Origin: Synechocystis sp. PCC 6803 substr. PCC-P
GTDB taxonomy: Bacteria; Cyanobacteriota; Cyanobacteriia; Cyanobacteriales; Microcystaceae
Direction: 5' to 3'
Assembly (NCBI RefSeq): GCF_000284455.1
Contig: NC_017039.1
Span: 2,340,001-2,372,000 of the forward strand
Length of the DNA: 32,000 bases
The position numbers were made by a program, and so were the translations under genes. A model generated the notes under the pieces. The model was not told the origin of the DNA. It did no database searches and saw only the letters and a program-made list of their open reading frames with translations. This document shows, in pieces, positions 1-9,149 of the stretch. Numbering within the stretch: the first letter of the stretch is position 1; every line of letters starts with the position of its first letter.

Positions 1-1
1 G

Positions 2-1882
2 TTCCAACGGCGAGATGGCAGTGTGCTCTGGGGTTTGGTGTCCCGCAGTGCTTGGTATGACCAATGGGGCAATTATCGGGGGGAACTGGCCATGCTAACG
101 GACATCACCAAACGGAAATCCGCTGAGCAGGCCCTGTCCGCTAGTGAGCAACGCTTGGAGGGAATTTTGGGCTCCATTCAGGATGTGGTTTGGTCCGCCG
201 ATGCGGTCAGTTTTGCCACCCTTTATCTCAATCCCACCACGGCCATGGTCTATGGTCAATCCCTAGAAGTCTGTTACCAGAGCCAAAATTTTTGGTTTGA
301 ACAGGTCCACCCTGGCGATCGCCTTTTGCTGGAATATCACTTGCAATTGTTGATGGAAAAGGACCAGACGGAGTTGGAGTATCGCATTGTCCAACCGGGG
401 GGCAAGGAGCGATGGCTATTTCGCCGTAGTCAATTAGTGCGGGATGGCGAGCATCAACCCCTACGCATTGACAGCATTGACAGTGACATCACCGAGCGCA
501 AATTGGCGGCGGAAAAACTCCACTACAACGCCAACCACGATTCCCTGACGAATTTGCCCAATCGATCAATGTTTCTCGATCGCCTGGGCCATGCTCTGCA
601 AAGAAATTTGCGTCGTCGGGATTTAAGATTTGCGGTGCTATTTCTGGATTTAGACGGCTTTAAAATTATCAACGATAGTTTGGGGCACAGTTGTGGGGAT
701 TTACTGCTCCAGGGCATTGCCCATCGTCTGCGCCAATGTTTGCGGCCAGAAGATACGTTAGCGCGTTTGGGGGGGGATGAATTCACCATGTTGATTGAAA
801 ACATCACCTGTCCCGAAGACGTGATCGCCGTGGCCCAAAGAATTCACCAGGAACTGCAAAAACCGTTTAACTTGAACGGCCAGGAAATTTTCACCAACAC
901 CAGCATTGGCATTGCCCTTAACCATCCCCACTATGGCCATCCCCAGGATGTTTTGCGGGATGCAGACACCGCCATGTATCGAGCTAAGGCCGCAGGTAAG
1001 GGCCGCTACGCTATTTTCAACCAGACCATGCACCACCATGCTGTGCAGAGGCTCCAGCGGGAAAATGACCTACGGCGAGCCATCGATCGCCAGGAATTGC
1101 AGTTACATTATCAACCGATTGTCTGTCTCAAGACTGGACAGTTACAGGGGGTTGAGGCCTTAGTGCGCTGGCAACATCCCGAAGAGGGTCTGATCCTACC
1201 CGAAGAATTTGTGGCGATCGCCGAGGAAACGGGCTTAATTGTGCCCATGGGGGATTGGATTCTCTGGGAAGCAAGCCGACAAATACTAGAACTTAAACAA
1301 AGTTTTCCCCAATTGTCCCATCTTCAAGTCAGTATTAACGTTTCCAGTCGGCAATTACGGGACCAACGGCTACTAAAAACAGTGGATGAAATTCTGTCCA
1401 GCACGAACCTGGCCCCCCAGGACCTCAAATTAGAAATTACCGAGAGTTTATTGATCGATAATTTGAACTTGGCCGCTGATGTACTGAAAAGTTTAAGGCA
1501 AAGAAATATCCAAATTTCCCTCGACGATTTTGGCACGGGCTATTCCTCCCTCAGCTACCTGCACCGCTTTCCCATTAACACCATTAAAGTGGACCGCTCC
1601 TTTGTGAACACCATGGAGCCCAACAACCAAAACACTGCCATTGTCCACACCATTGTGACCCTGGCCCACACCCTCGGATTAGACGTGATTGCCGAGGGCA
1701 TTGAAACGGAACGGCATCTAACCCAACTCCATTGGCTGGGGTGCGATGCAGGGCAAGGATATTATTTCGCCCGGCCTATTCCCTCAGAGGATTTGCTAGA
1801 TTTTTTAACCATCCAAATACCCCGTTGGTCTGTGCCCGCTGTGACAGAATGCCATGGGGATAGGAAAGAGCCATTTTCCTGA
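2..1882 (+). CDS. PAS-containing diguanylate cyclase/phosphodiesterase (GGDEF-EAL), 5'-truncated by the window edge
   Basis: The frame is open upstream of the track's GTG start at 23 (FQRRDGSVLWGLVSRSAWYDQWGNYRGELAMLTDIT, a PAS C-terminus). A second PAS follows, then FLDLDGFKIINDSLGH..ARLGGDEF and EAL hallmarks GVEALVRW, ITES, DDFGTGYSSLSYL, KVDRSFV, AEGIET. Confidence 0.95.
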   Translation, partial: FQRRDGSVLWGLVSRSAWYDQWGNYRGELAMLTDITKRKSAEQALSASEQRLEGILGSIQDVVWSADAVSFATLYLNPTTAMVYGQSLEVCYQSQNFWFEQVHPGDRLLLEYHLQLLMEKDQTELEYRIVQPGGKERWLFRRSQLVRDGEHQPLRIDSIDSDITERKLAAEKLHYNANHDSLTNLPNRSMFLDRLGHALQRNLRRRDLRFAVLFLDLDGFKIINDSLGHSCGDLLLQGIAHRLRQCLRPEDTLARLGGDEFTMLIENITCPEDVIAVAQRIHQELQKPFNLNGQEIFTNTSIGIALNHPHYGHPQDVLRDADTAMYRAKAAGKGRYAIFNQTMHHHAVQRLQRENDLRRAIDRQELQLHYQPIVCLKTGQLQGVEALVRWQHPEEGLILPEEFVAIAEETGLIVPMGDWILWEASRQILELKQSFPQLSHLQVSINVSSRQLRDQRLLKTVDEILSSTNLAPQDLKLEITESLLIDNLNLAADVLKSLRQRNIQISLDDFGTGYSSLSYLHRFPINTIKVDRSFVNTMEPNNQNTAIVHTIVTLAHTLGLDVIAEGIETERHLTQLHWLGCDAGQGYYFARPIPSEDLLDFLTIQIPRWSVPAVTECHGDRKEPFS

Positions 1883-1977
1883 AAATAGTGACAAAATAAC
1901 GATTTTTTACCGGGGATGAAGTAGCCTTTGTATGTCGGCGACCAGTCGGCTCAGCTTTCCATTTTCTACATAGGTCT

Positions 1978-3585
1978 ATGAGTGCTACGGCGATCGCCCC
2001 CCGTTGGTTTGTTAAACAGGACATTGATGGCTTCTTTGGCCTGGCGGTGAACAACTTGGTGCAGATCCTGGTAATTGTGGGATTAACCCAATCGGTGTTG
2101 CAATTTCCTCTGACCCTGATCTATGGGCGCATTTTGCCCAGCATTGCCATTAGCTTAATTGTTGGCAACTTTTATTACAGTTGGTTGGCCTATCACCAGG
2201 GAAAAAGAGAAGGAAGGGATGACATCACCGCTTTGCCCTATGGCATCAATACAGTCAGTTTGTTTGCCTATGTTTTTCTGGTTATGCTGCCGGTGCGATT
2301 ATTGGCGATCGGCTCCGGGGCCAGCAGTGAAGCGGCGGCGGAATTGGCCTGGCAGGCGGGCTTAGTGGCCTGTTTCGGCTCCGGTCTGATTGAATTGGGG
2401 GGAGCTTGGGGAGCGGATTGGTTACGGCGTTATACCCCCAGGGCCGCTCTACTTTCCACCCTAGCGGGCATTGCGTTGACTTTCATTGCCCTAGGTTTTT
2501 TCCTCCGTACCTATGCCCATCCCTTAGTGGGCATTTTGCCCTTGGGAGTCATTCTGCTCAGCTATTTCGGCAAGGTTACTTTCCGTTTGCCGGGACTAAA
2601 ATTGGCGATTCCCGGGGGATTAATGGCCATTGTGCTGGGCACTGGCCTGGCTTGGATAACGGGATTAGTCGCTTGGGATGCTCCACAGGTGGAAGCGGCG
2701 ATCGCCCCCTTGGGAATTTATCTACCCAGCCTTGATTTGGTTAGCCTCTGGCAAGCAAAAGGGGTATTGGTCAGCTATTTCAGCATTATTCTGCCCATGG
2801 GGTTGTTCAATTTGGTGGGCAGTTTGCAAAACCTGGAAAGTGCGGCGGCGGCGGGGGATGATTATCCGACTGCTCCCTGTTTAGCGGTGAATGGTTTGGG
2901 CACCATTGCGGCGGCCCTATTTGGCTCCTGTTTTCCCACCACCATTTACATTGGTCATCCCGGTTGTAAAGATATGGGGGCAAGGATTGGTTATTCCTGG
3001 CTCAACGGTTTGGTGATGGCGGTTTTATGTCTCACCGGTAGTCTGAGTTTATTGGTTTATCTGATTCCCATCGATAGTGCCATGGCGATCGTGCTCTGGA
3101 TTGGCATCATCATTGTTAGCCAAAGTTTTAGTGCCACCCCGGTCAACCATTACCCCGCTGTGGTCATTGGCCTGTTGCCGGGCATTGCCGCTTGGGGGGC
3201 CTTAGTGGCAAAAAATTCTCTCCGGGTGGCAGGTCTAGGCACTCCGGATAATCCCATTACTCCAGAATTGGTACCTGCTTTTCAACAGGCAGATTTGTTT
3301 ATCACCGGAGCCTTTGCATTGGAACAGGGATTGATTTTTTCTGCCATGATCCTGGCCGCCATGACCGTTTACATCATTGAGCAAAAATTTGGCCTAGCTG
3401 CCCTCTGGGCGATCGCCGCCGGAATTTTATCCTGGTTGGGATTGATGCACAGTTACCGCTGGACAGGGGCGGACACAGTGATGGCTCTGGGGTGGGGGGC
3501 TGGAGCCAGTTGGGCCATCAGTTACTTTTTGCTGGCTTTGTTATTGATTTATGTGCAGTGGACTAACCCCAAAGGGCAAGATTGA
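1978..3585 (+). CDS. NCS2-like (xanthine/uracil-type) multi-pass permease
   Basis: 535-aa ORF with many hydrophobic segments and NCS2-like motifs (DDITALPYGINTVSLFAY, FGSCFPTTIYIGHPGCKDMGARIGYS). Substrate cannot be assigned. Confidence 0.75.
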   Translation: MSATAIAPRWFVKQDIDGFFGLAVNNLVQILVIVGLTQSVLQFPLTLIYGRILPSIAISLIVGNFYYSWLAYHQGKREGRDDITALPYGINTVSLFAYVFLVMLPVRLLAIGSGASSEAAAELAWQAGLVACFGSGLIELGGAWGADWLRRYTPRAALLSTLAGIALTFIALGFFLRTYAHPLVGILPLGVILLSYFGKVTFRLPGLKLAIPGGLMAIVLGTGLAWITGLVAWDAPQVEAAIAPLGIYLPSLDLVSLWQAKGVLVSYFSIILPMGLFNLVGSLQNLESAAAAGDDYPTAPCLAVNGLGTIAAALFGSCFPTTIYIGHPGCKDMGARIGYSWLNGLVMAVLCLTGSLSLLVYLIPIDSAMAIVLWIGIIIVSQSFSATPVNHYPAVVIGLLPGIAAWGALVAKNSLRVAGLGTPDNPITPELVPAFQQADLFITGAFALEQGLIFSAMILAAMTVYIIEQKFGLAALWAIAAGILSWLGLMHSYRWTGADTVMALGWGAGASWAISYFLLALLLIYVQWTNPKGQD

Positions 3586-3622
3586 AATAAGAGCATTAAT
3601 TATTGTTGTGGTGGCATAACCT

Positions 3623-4372
3623 ATGGCTGAACGTATTCAAAAATTGCTTTCCCAGTGGGGTATTGCCTCCCGTCGCCATGCGGAGGAAATGATTCTGGCG
3701 GGGCGGGTCAGCGTCAATGGCAAAGTGGCCAACCTGGGGGATAAGGCCGATCCCCAGCAGGATTTTTTATCGGTGGATGGCAAACAAATTAAAGCTGATA
3801 ATCGGCCTCGGGACATTTATTTATTGGTTAATAAACCGAGGGATGTGCTGTCCACCTGTGACGATCCCCGGGGCCGGAAAACAGTGCTGGATTTACTGCC
3901 CCAGGACTTACAGCGGGGCAAAGGACTGCATCCCGTTGGCCGGTTAGACCGTAATTCCACTGGCGCTCTCCTGCTCACCAATGATGGCGAATTGACTCTG
4001 CGGCTGACCCATCCCCGTTACCATTTGCCAAAAACCTATGACGTTTGGTTAGAAGGTAATCCCAGTGATGAAGATCTGGAAAAGTGGCGATCGGGCATGA
4101 TGCTAGATGGCAAAAAAACCCTACCAGCTACTCTGGAAGTAATTTCCGAAAATAAAGACCAGATTCATTTGTTGGTGACGTTGACGGAGGGACGTAATCG
4201 CCAAATTCGTCGTTTAGCGGAAGAATTGGGATTGACGGTGCTGAAGCTCCATCGCCGCACCATTGGCCCCCTACAGTTGCATACCAGGGGCAAAGTTCTG
4301 GGTAGTGGGCAATTTCGTTTTCTTTCCCCGGCGGAAATTCGACTGTTGAAAAAACAGGTCAATCTGCGGTAG
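3623..4372 (+). CDS. 16S/23S rRNA pseudouridine synthase, RsuA/RluB family
   Basis: N-terminal S4 domain ([32 protein letters not shown]), catalytic [22 protein letters not shown] and C-terminal [16 protein letters not shown]. Confidence 0.93.
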
Positions 4373-4428
4373 GGTGGTTTCGCACAATTGTATTGTTAGT
4401 GTTATTTAATCTCCCTATTTTCTTCCCC

Positions 4429-4953
4429 ATGACCCGCGCCAAATTACTGCAACCGGATTTAGTTTTGGGCAAAACCATTGTGGAATTGTCCCCGGCCATT
4501 CTCGATCGCCATGGGGTCAAGGGTTTAGTGTTGGATGTGGACGAAACCCTGGTACCTTTTCGGGGGGATCAAGTTTCCGAGGAACTCCAGGCTTGGATTG
4601 ATCCCATTAAGGCCAAACTGCCCATTTGGTTGGTGAGCAACAATATGAGCGAGTCCCGCATTGGGGGAGTGGCCCAAACCCTGGATTTACCTTTCCTTTA
4701 TGGGGCGGCTAAACCGTCTCGCCGTAAACTGCGCCAAGCCATTGCCGAAATGCAATTGCCAGTGGAATCCGTTGCCATGGTGGGCGATCGCCTGTTTACC
4801 GATGTGCTGGCAGGGAATCGTTTGGGCATGTTCACCATTTTGGTGGAACCGATGGAGTTACCTGGTAAACCCCTCTATCCCTGGTCGATTAGGAATATTG
4901 AAGTCTGGCTTTCCCAGAAACTAGGGGTGACCTTGCAGGGCATTTTTGAATAA
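4429..4953 (+). CDS. YqeG-family HAD-IIIA phosphatase
   Basis: GLVLDVDETLVPF..LVSNN..KPSRR..VAMVGDRLFTDVLAGN..TILVEP motifs. The track starts at a TTG (4393); the internal ATG at 4429 (MTRAKLLQPDLVLGKT) is more plausible. Confidence 0.88.
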   Translation: MTRAKLLQPDLVLGKTIVELSPAILDRHGVKGLVLDVDETLVPFRGDQVSEELQAWIDPIKAKLPIWLVSNNMSESRIGGVAQTLDLPFLYGAAKPSRRKLRQAIAEMQLPVESVAMVGDRLFTDVLAGNRLGMFTILVEPMELPGKPLYPWSIRNIEVWLSQKLGVTLQGIFE

Positions 4954-5160
4954 ACCCAGCTACAGTAAGGAAAACAGATTTGAAATGCTAGTCAAGGCAA
5001 AAGTCAATCCCCGTAGGCTATAATTTTGTTACAAAACTTAATAAGAAATGATTATGAGAATTATAAAGAGAATCTTAAAAAAAGCGGCGATCGCCTGGGG
5101 ATCAGCCATAATTGATCCAACGAAATAACACGGGGTCACCTTTATAAAGACCCTTAACAT

Positions 5161-5200
5161 AATAAAAAACACGGGGATCAGGTCATTTTGGCTTGATCCC
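5161..5200 (-). terminator. Candidate rho-independent terminator for the minus-strand DUF3769 gene
   Basis: Inverted repeat GGGATCA (5174-5180)/TGATCCC (5194-5200), extendable with GU pairs. On the minus strand it is followed by a T-rich run (complement of AAAAAA, 5164-5169), about 125 nt past the stop at 5326. Confidence 0.5.
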
Positions 5201-5325
5201 TTTAAAATTGTGGCAATTTAGCTAAAGAATCATTCCTTGGATTTTCTTTTACTGGTCAGCCCAAAAATGTCAAGAAAAACAAACAAAGTTGAGGAACAAT
5301 TGTCAGCCCCAGTCTATGTTGAGCT

Positions 5326-7737
5326 TCAGCGGATAACGCCTTGGGTGACAGGGCGGATGTCACTGCCGTCAAAGGTACCGGGATTACCACTCCAGTTAAA
5401 ATCGCTGATGCGTAGATTAATCGAACCCACCTGCAGTTGGGGGTTGTAGCGCAATTGAATGTTGTAGGTGCGGCGGCTATATTCCAACACGTAATCGGTG
5501 CTAATTTCTTCGTTGGCAGTCAGACTGTAGGCTCCCTGCACCCCGAACCTTAGTGGGCCGTAAATTTGTTGGGTCAGGCCAAAGCTCAGTATTTCCGTGT
5601 CGGCAAAGCGGTCAAAGAAAAAGGGAGACGCATCGCCCCGAATACCTTGGGAATAACCAATGTTAAAACCGGTGTAGTCCAAATAGGGTTTGGAGAAGTT
5701 ACCAAATTGTCCAAAAAAACCGACGCTGCCGGTGAGGGAAGGTTGGGTACTGCCATCGCCGTAATAACTACCCACCCCGGTAATGCCAGTGTTAAACACC
5801 ACGTAGGGTACCACCACATTGGGGCTATAGCGCAGACCCTCTTCGGCGGTGGGGGGGAGTGCTTCCCCAGCCCAAAGCACAAAGTATTTCGTTAAGGATG
5901 CCGCCGCCTGCAAGCGCATCAGGCTAACTAAGTTATCTCCGGTGGTGGGATTAATTAATTCCTGGCGATCGGTGCTGGCTTCCACACTTTGAACCGAAGC
6001 CTGGTAATTGAGGGCCCAACTGGGGTCTTCAAAGGGATTAATGGTGGGGGAAACCAGGATCGCCCCCACACTGCTTTGCACCGTTTGGAAACCGAGGGAG
6101 CCATTGTATAAACGCTCGCGGTAGTTGTATTCAAACCTTAGATCGTAGGGATTGCCCAAATCCCCCAGTTTATTTTGCACCGCCAATTTAGCCCGCAGGG
6201 AATTGTCGATGGAATCTAAGTTGAGGTTGGAAAAGTTGAGGGTATTAAGTAAATTGAGTCTTTCGTTAAAATTGACGTTCAACTCCGTAATTAAACCAAA
6301 GGCGGCGGGACATAGGGCACAAACCTCTGCATCACTCTGGTTAGCTACCGGGAAAGCATCGGGAAAAAATACCTTTTGTATTAAATATTGAGGCTTAACT
6401 TGAAAGGTGACATTTTCCGTGTCGATGGGGGTGAAATTACCTTGGAGGTATAAACCGCCCCGGTCTTCTCCGTCATAGCCAATGCTAATCAATCCCGGTT
6501 GGCGATCGCGGCGATCGATGGTAAGTCGGTCTTGGAAGGGCAAAGACGTGGTTTGATCCAGCAATACCCGGGAGCCAGTCAGTTTTAATTCATCCACTTC
6601 CGGGGCGACGTTGTAGTAATCGGCGGTTTCCGCTTGCACCTCCAATTCCGGCGGATTAAACGGATCATTGGTGATGCGGACTTTTTTGGCCCGCCAACCA
6701 TCGGCGTCAAAATCCACCTGCTCCGCTTGAAACCGGAGGCGATTAACTTGGCCCCCAGTTTCTGTCTGGCTGGCACTCTGGGCCCCTGGGGTACTGGCCC
6801 CAATGCCTGTGCTAAAACCTTCTTGTCCTACTACGTTGGTGACAGGCTGGTTGACGGCCAGGCGATCGTTCAAACTTTGGTTGGACACAATGGGGTTACC
6901 AAAGTCGGTGGGCACAGTTTGGGCAAAGTCCCGGGCGGTGCTGGGCTGGTAAATTTCCCCGTTGGCGTCGTAAATTACCCCCTGGTTGAGCACAAAGAAG
7001 TATTCAAATCTTTGCCCCTGGAGGATTTGTTCCCCCCGCTTCAGGGTGACGTTACCTTCGGCCACCGCAAATCGATCGGGCAAATTAACTCGCAGGCGAT
7101 CGGCCAGTAGTAACCCGTTAGCAAAACGCATGGTAACGTTACCGGTGGCAGTGACTATTTCCCGATTGCTATCGAACTCTTGGTGATCAGAAATTAATTC
7201 AATTACTTCTGGAGCAATGGGTACGTCATTCTCCTCCGTGGCCGGAATGGGGGAACTATCTAAGAATTGATTTGGCTCCGGGTCATTTTCCGTTGCCTCT
7301 GGGGAGGGGGAAGCTCCGGGGTCAATTTCCAAGACTTCACCGATCGCCTCTTGGCCCTGTTCAATGGCGGGCTCAGCCTCACCAGTGGGCCCGGTGATTA
7401 CTTCCAGCTCCGAGTCGCTGGGGGGTGTGATCAAATACTCCTGAATTTCCCCATCCCGGGATTGACTGATAATTTTCTTGGCCGTGGCAATGGGTACTTC
7501 CACAGACCGATCGCCGATTTTTCCGTCTGGGATAGCGGGGGGACCCCCGAGGGATAAACCAGAGTTGGGGCTAAGGTAAAGATCCTTAGCTGAAGCTTGG
7601 GCGATCGCCGGATCCGCCGATGGAGGGGTGGACGAGGAAAGTGTTGCCCCGTCAGTTGCCAGCATTTCTTCAGTCTCCCTCGGACTGATCACTTCAATGG
7701 GTACCGGAGGAGGGGGAGGGGAAACAATAGGGGGCAT
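5326..7737 (-). CDS. DUF3769-type cyanobacterial protein with OstA/LptD-like region (putative outer-membrane/LPS-assembly-related)
   Basis: 803-aa ORF. Pro/Glu-rich N-terminus, OstA-like VTATGNVTMRFANGLLLADRLRVNLPDRFAVAEGNVTLKRGEQILQGQRFEY, then long amphipathic beta-rich C-terminus. Family from memory. Confidence 0.78.
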   Translation of the reverse strand: MPPIVSPPPPPVPIEVISPRETEEMLATDGATLSSSTPPSADPAIAQASAKDLYLSPNSGLSLGGPPAIPDGKIGDRSVEVPIATAKKIISQSRDGEIQEYLITPPSDSELEVITGPTGEAEPAIEQGQEAIGEVLEIDPGASPSPEATENDPEPNQFLDSSPIPATEENDVPIAPEVIELISDHQEFDSNREIVTATGNVTMRFANGLLLADRLRVNLPDRFAVAEGNVTLKRGEQILQGQRFEYFFVLNQGVIYDANGEIYQPSTARDFAQTVPTDFGNPIVSNQSLNDRLAVNQPVTNVVGQEGFSTGIGASTPGAQSASQTETGGQVNRLRFQAEQVDFDADGWRAKKVRITNDPFNPPELEVQAETADYYNVAPEVDELKLTGSRVLLDQTTSLPFQDRLTIDRRDRQPGLISIGYDGEDRGGLYLQGNFTPIDTENVTFQVKPQYLIQKVFFPDAFPVANQSDAEVCALCPAAFGLITELNVNFNERLNLLNTLNFSNLNLDSIDNSLRAKLAVQNKLGDLGNPYDLRFEYNYRERLYNGSLGFQTVQSSVGAILVSPTINPFEDPSWALNYQASVQSVEASTDRQELINPTTGDNLVSLMRLQAAASLTKYFVLWAGEALPPTAEEGLRYSPNVVVPYVVFNTGITGVGSYYGDGSTQPSLTGSVGFFGQFGNFSKPYLDYTGFNIGYSQGIRGDASPFFFDRFADTEILSFGLTQQIYGPLRFGVQGAYSLTANEEISTDYVLEYSRRTYNIQLRYNPQLQVGSINLRISDFNWSGNPGTFDGSDIRPVTQGVIR

Positions 7738-7965
7738 TTAAATCGACGAACTAAACGCCAACGCTAACATTTGCTTTGTTTGGACTGAGATAAAGCTAAG
7801 GCTAACCGGGCTTGGTTAACAAGGGGGACGAACAATTGCCAGAAATCGTTTCGTCTGTGGCCCCAGTGACAAAAAACTCTCCGGTGGGGGAGAGTAATCA
7901 GGTTCCAATCTACCCTTGGCACCAAAATTAGTCTAGGGAGAGAAGGAAGAATTTTGGGCTAAAGC

Positions 7966-8082
7966 TTATTCAAAGTCTTTGCGGCCAGGGTTCCGGGTGG
8001 GGTCACTGGAAAGAAAGCCGAAGATAAATAAGGAAATAAACAAGCCAACAACGATATAAACGGCGATTTTAAGGGTTAACAT
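7966..8082 (-). CDS. psbI: Photosystem II reaction centre protein I
   Basis: Translated by hand: [38 protein letters not shown], 38 aa. This matches the characteristic PsbI sequence. AAGGAG lies just upstream of the ATG. Below the ORF-track length cutoff. Confidence 0.98.
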
Positions 8083-8234
8083 AAATTCTCCTTAGTTAAA
8101 TGCAAAGGCGTAGCAAAGCTTAATTTGGGTAAAAATCCGGGCGCAGAAACCATTCTACCTTGCCTACTTTACCCCATTTCGGTCTAGGCTTTGGGGAGAT
8201 GGCCGGGGAATTTCCACCGCCAAGGGAGCACACC

Positions 8235-8810
8235 ATGGGCTTAAACAATCTTGAACAATTACTGGGCCGCCTGGGGCGATCGCCAGGGTGGGAACAACTG
8301 CGCCGTTACCAATTGGTCAAAGAAGCTTGGCAGAAGGTGATTGATCCCCGTTTCCATGACTGTACTAAACCTCTAGGTATCCAGCGGGAGGTACTGACAG
8401 TGGCGGTTATCTCCCCAGCTCTGGCCCAAAATCTTCAACTCCAACGCATTAATCTTTTGGCCCAACTGAATCGAGAATTACCGGAGCCCTTGGCTGATCT
8501 GCGCTTTTCCCCTCTCCATTGGCATCAACAACATTCAGGGAAACCACCAGAAGCTTCTGCCCCCATGCCCCGTCCTGCCCCTCCCTCCCCTGGCGATCGC
8601 CGAGAAAAAGTCACTAGTGCGACAGAAGCACTGGATCAATGGCTGACAACTTTGAAAAGACGAGCCGAGGTTTTGCAACCCTGTCCCCAATGCGGCAGTG
8701 CCGTCAATCCAGGGGAAATCGAGCGTTGGGGCCGCTGTAGTGTCTGTGCAAGGCAACCCTGGCAGGAAATTTTTTCCCAATCCCGGCCGGAAAAGGATGG
8801 AAGTCATTAG
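8235..8810 (+). CDS. DUF721 (DciA-like) protein with C-terminal zinc ribbon
   Basis: DUF721-like region (LLGRLGRSPGWEQLRRYQLVKEAWQKVIDPRFHDCTKPLGIQREVLTVAVISPALAQNLQLQRINLLAQLN) and CPQCGSAVNPGEIERWGRCSVCARQPW. ATG 8235 is preceded by GGGAG; the track start at 8160 is less convincing. Confidence 0.8.
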   Translation: MGLNNLEQLLGRLGRSPGWEQLRRYQLVKEAWQKVIDPRFHDCTKPLGIQREVLTVAVISPALAQNLQLQRINLLAQLNRELPEPLADLRFSPLHWHQQHSGKPPEASAPMPRPAPPSPGDRREKVTSATEALDQWLTTLKRRAEVLQPCPQCGSAVNPGEIERWGRCSVCARQPWQEIFSQSRPEKDGSH

Positions 8811-9040
8811 GTTTAGTTTGTTTTGCAGACGAGCTATGAAAAACTTTAAAATTGGTTGAGTCTGCCAAGGTTTATTGATAACCGTGAATACTTTGAAGTT
8901 TTTTTTGGGTATGATGGTGAAACACGTAGGTAAATGCGGAGAAATTCCGGGATGTTTTTTTCACTTGCCCCCATTCATCGGAATAATGTAAGGGTTTTCC
9001 CGCTTTTCAGTGCCCTGTGAGTTCTCCCGGGTTTAACTAC

Positions 9041-9064
9041 CTAGCTGAATTTGCTTGAAGCTAG
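9041..9064 (+). promoter_or_regulatory. Inverted repeat in the 339-bp leader region of the giant gene (possible 5'UTR hairpin or binding site)
   Basis: CTAGCT (9041-9046)/AGCTAG (9059-9064) perfect 6-bp palindromic arms with a 12-nt spacer, about 85 bp upstream of the ATG. Function unknown. Confidence 0.25.
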
Positions 9065-9149
9065 AGTCTTTCGGCAAGCCTTCGTTGTGCTAACCGCTGC
9101 TTGAATCCTAAATAATTTTTCAACTTTTTCGAGTCTTTTTGTCCCGAAT

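Noticed and set aside
6634-7110. 158-aa + ORF antisense to the DUF3769 gene
   Set aside because: Antisense to a more convincing 803-aa gene; no supporting signal.
8152-8157. TAGAAT on the minus strand as a psbI -10 box
   Set aside because: A plausible hexamer, but without a convincing -35 or TSS data. Too weak to list as a feature.
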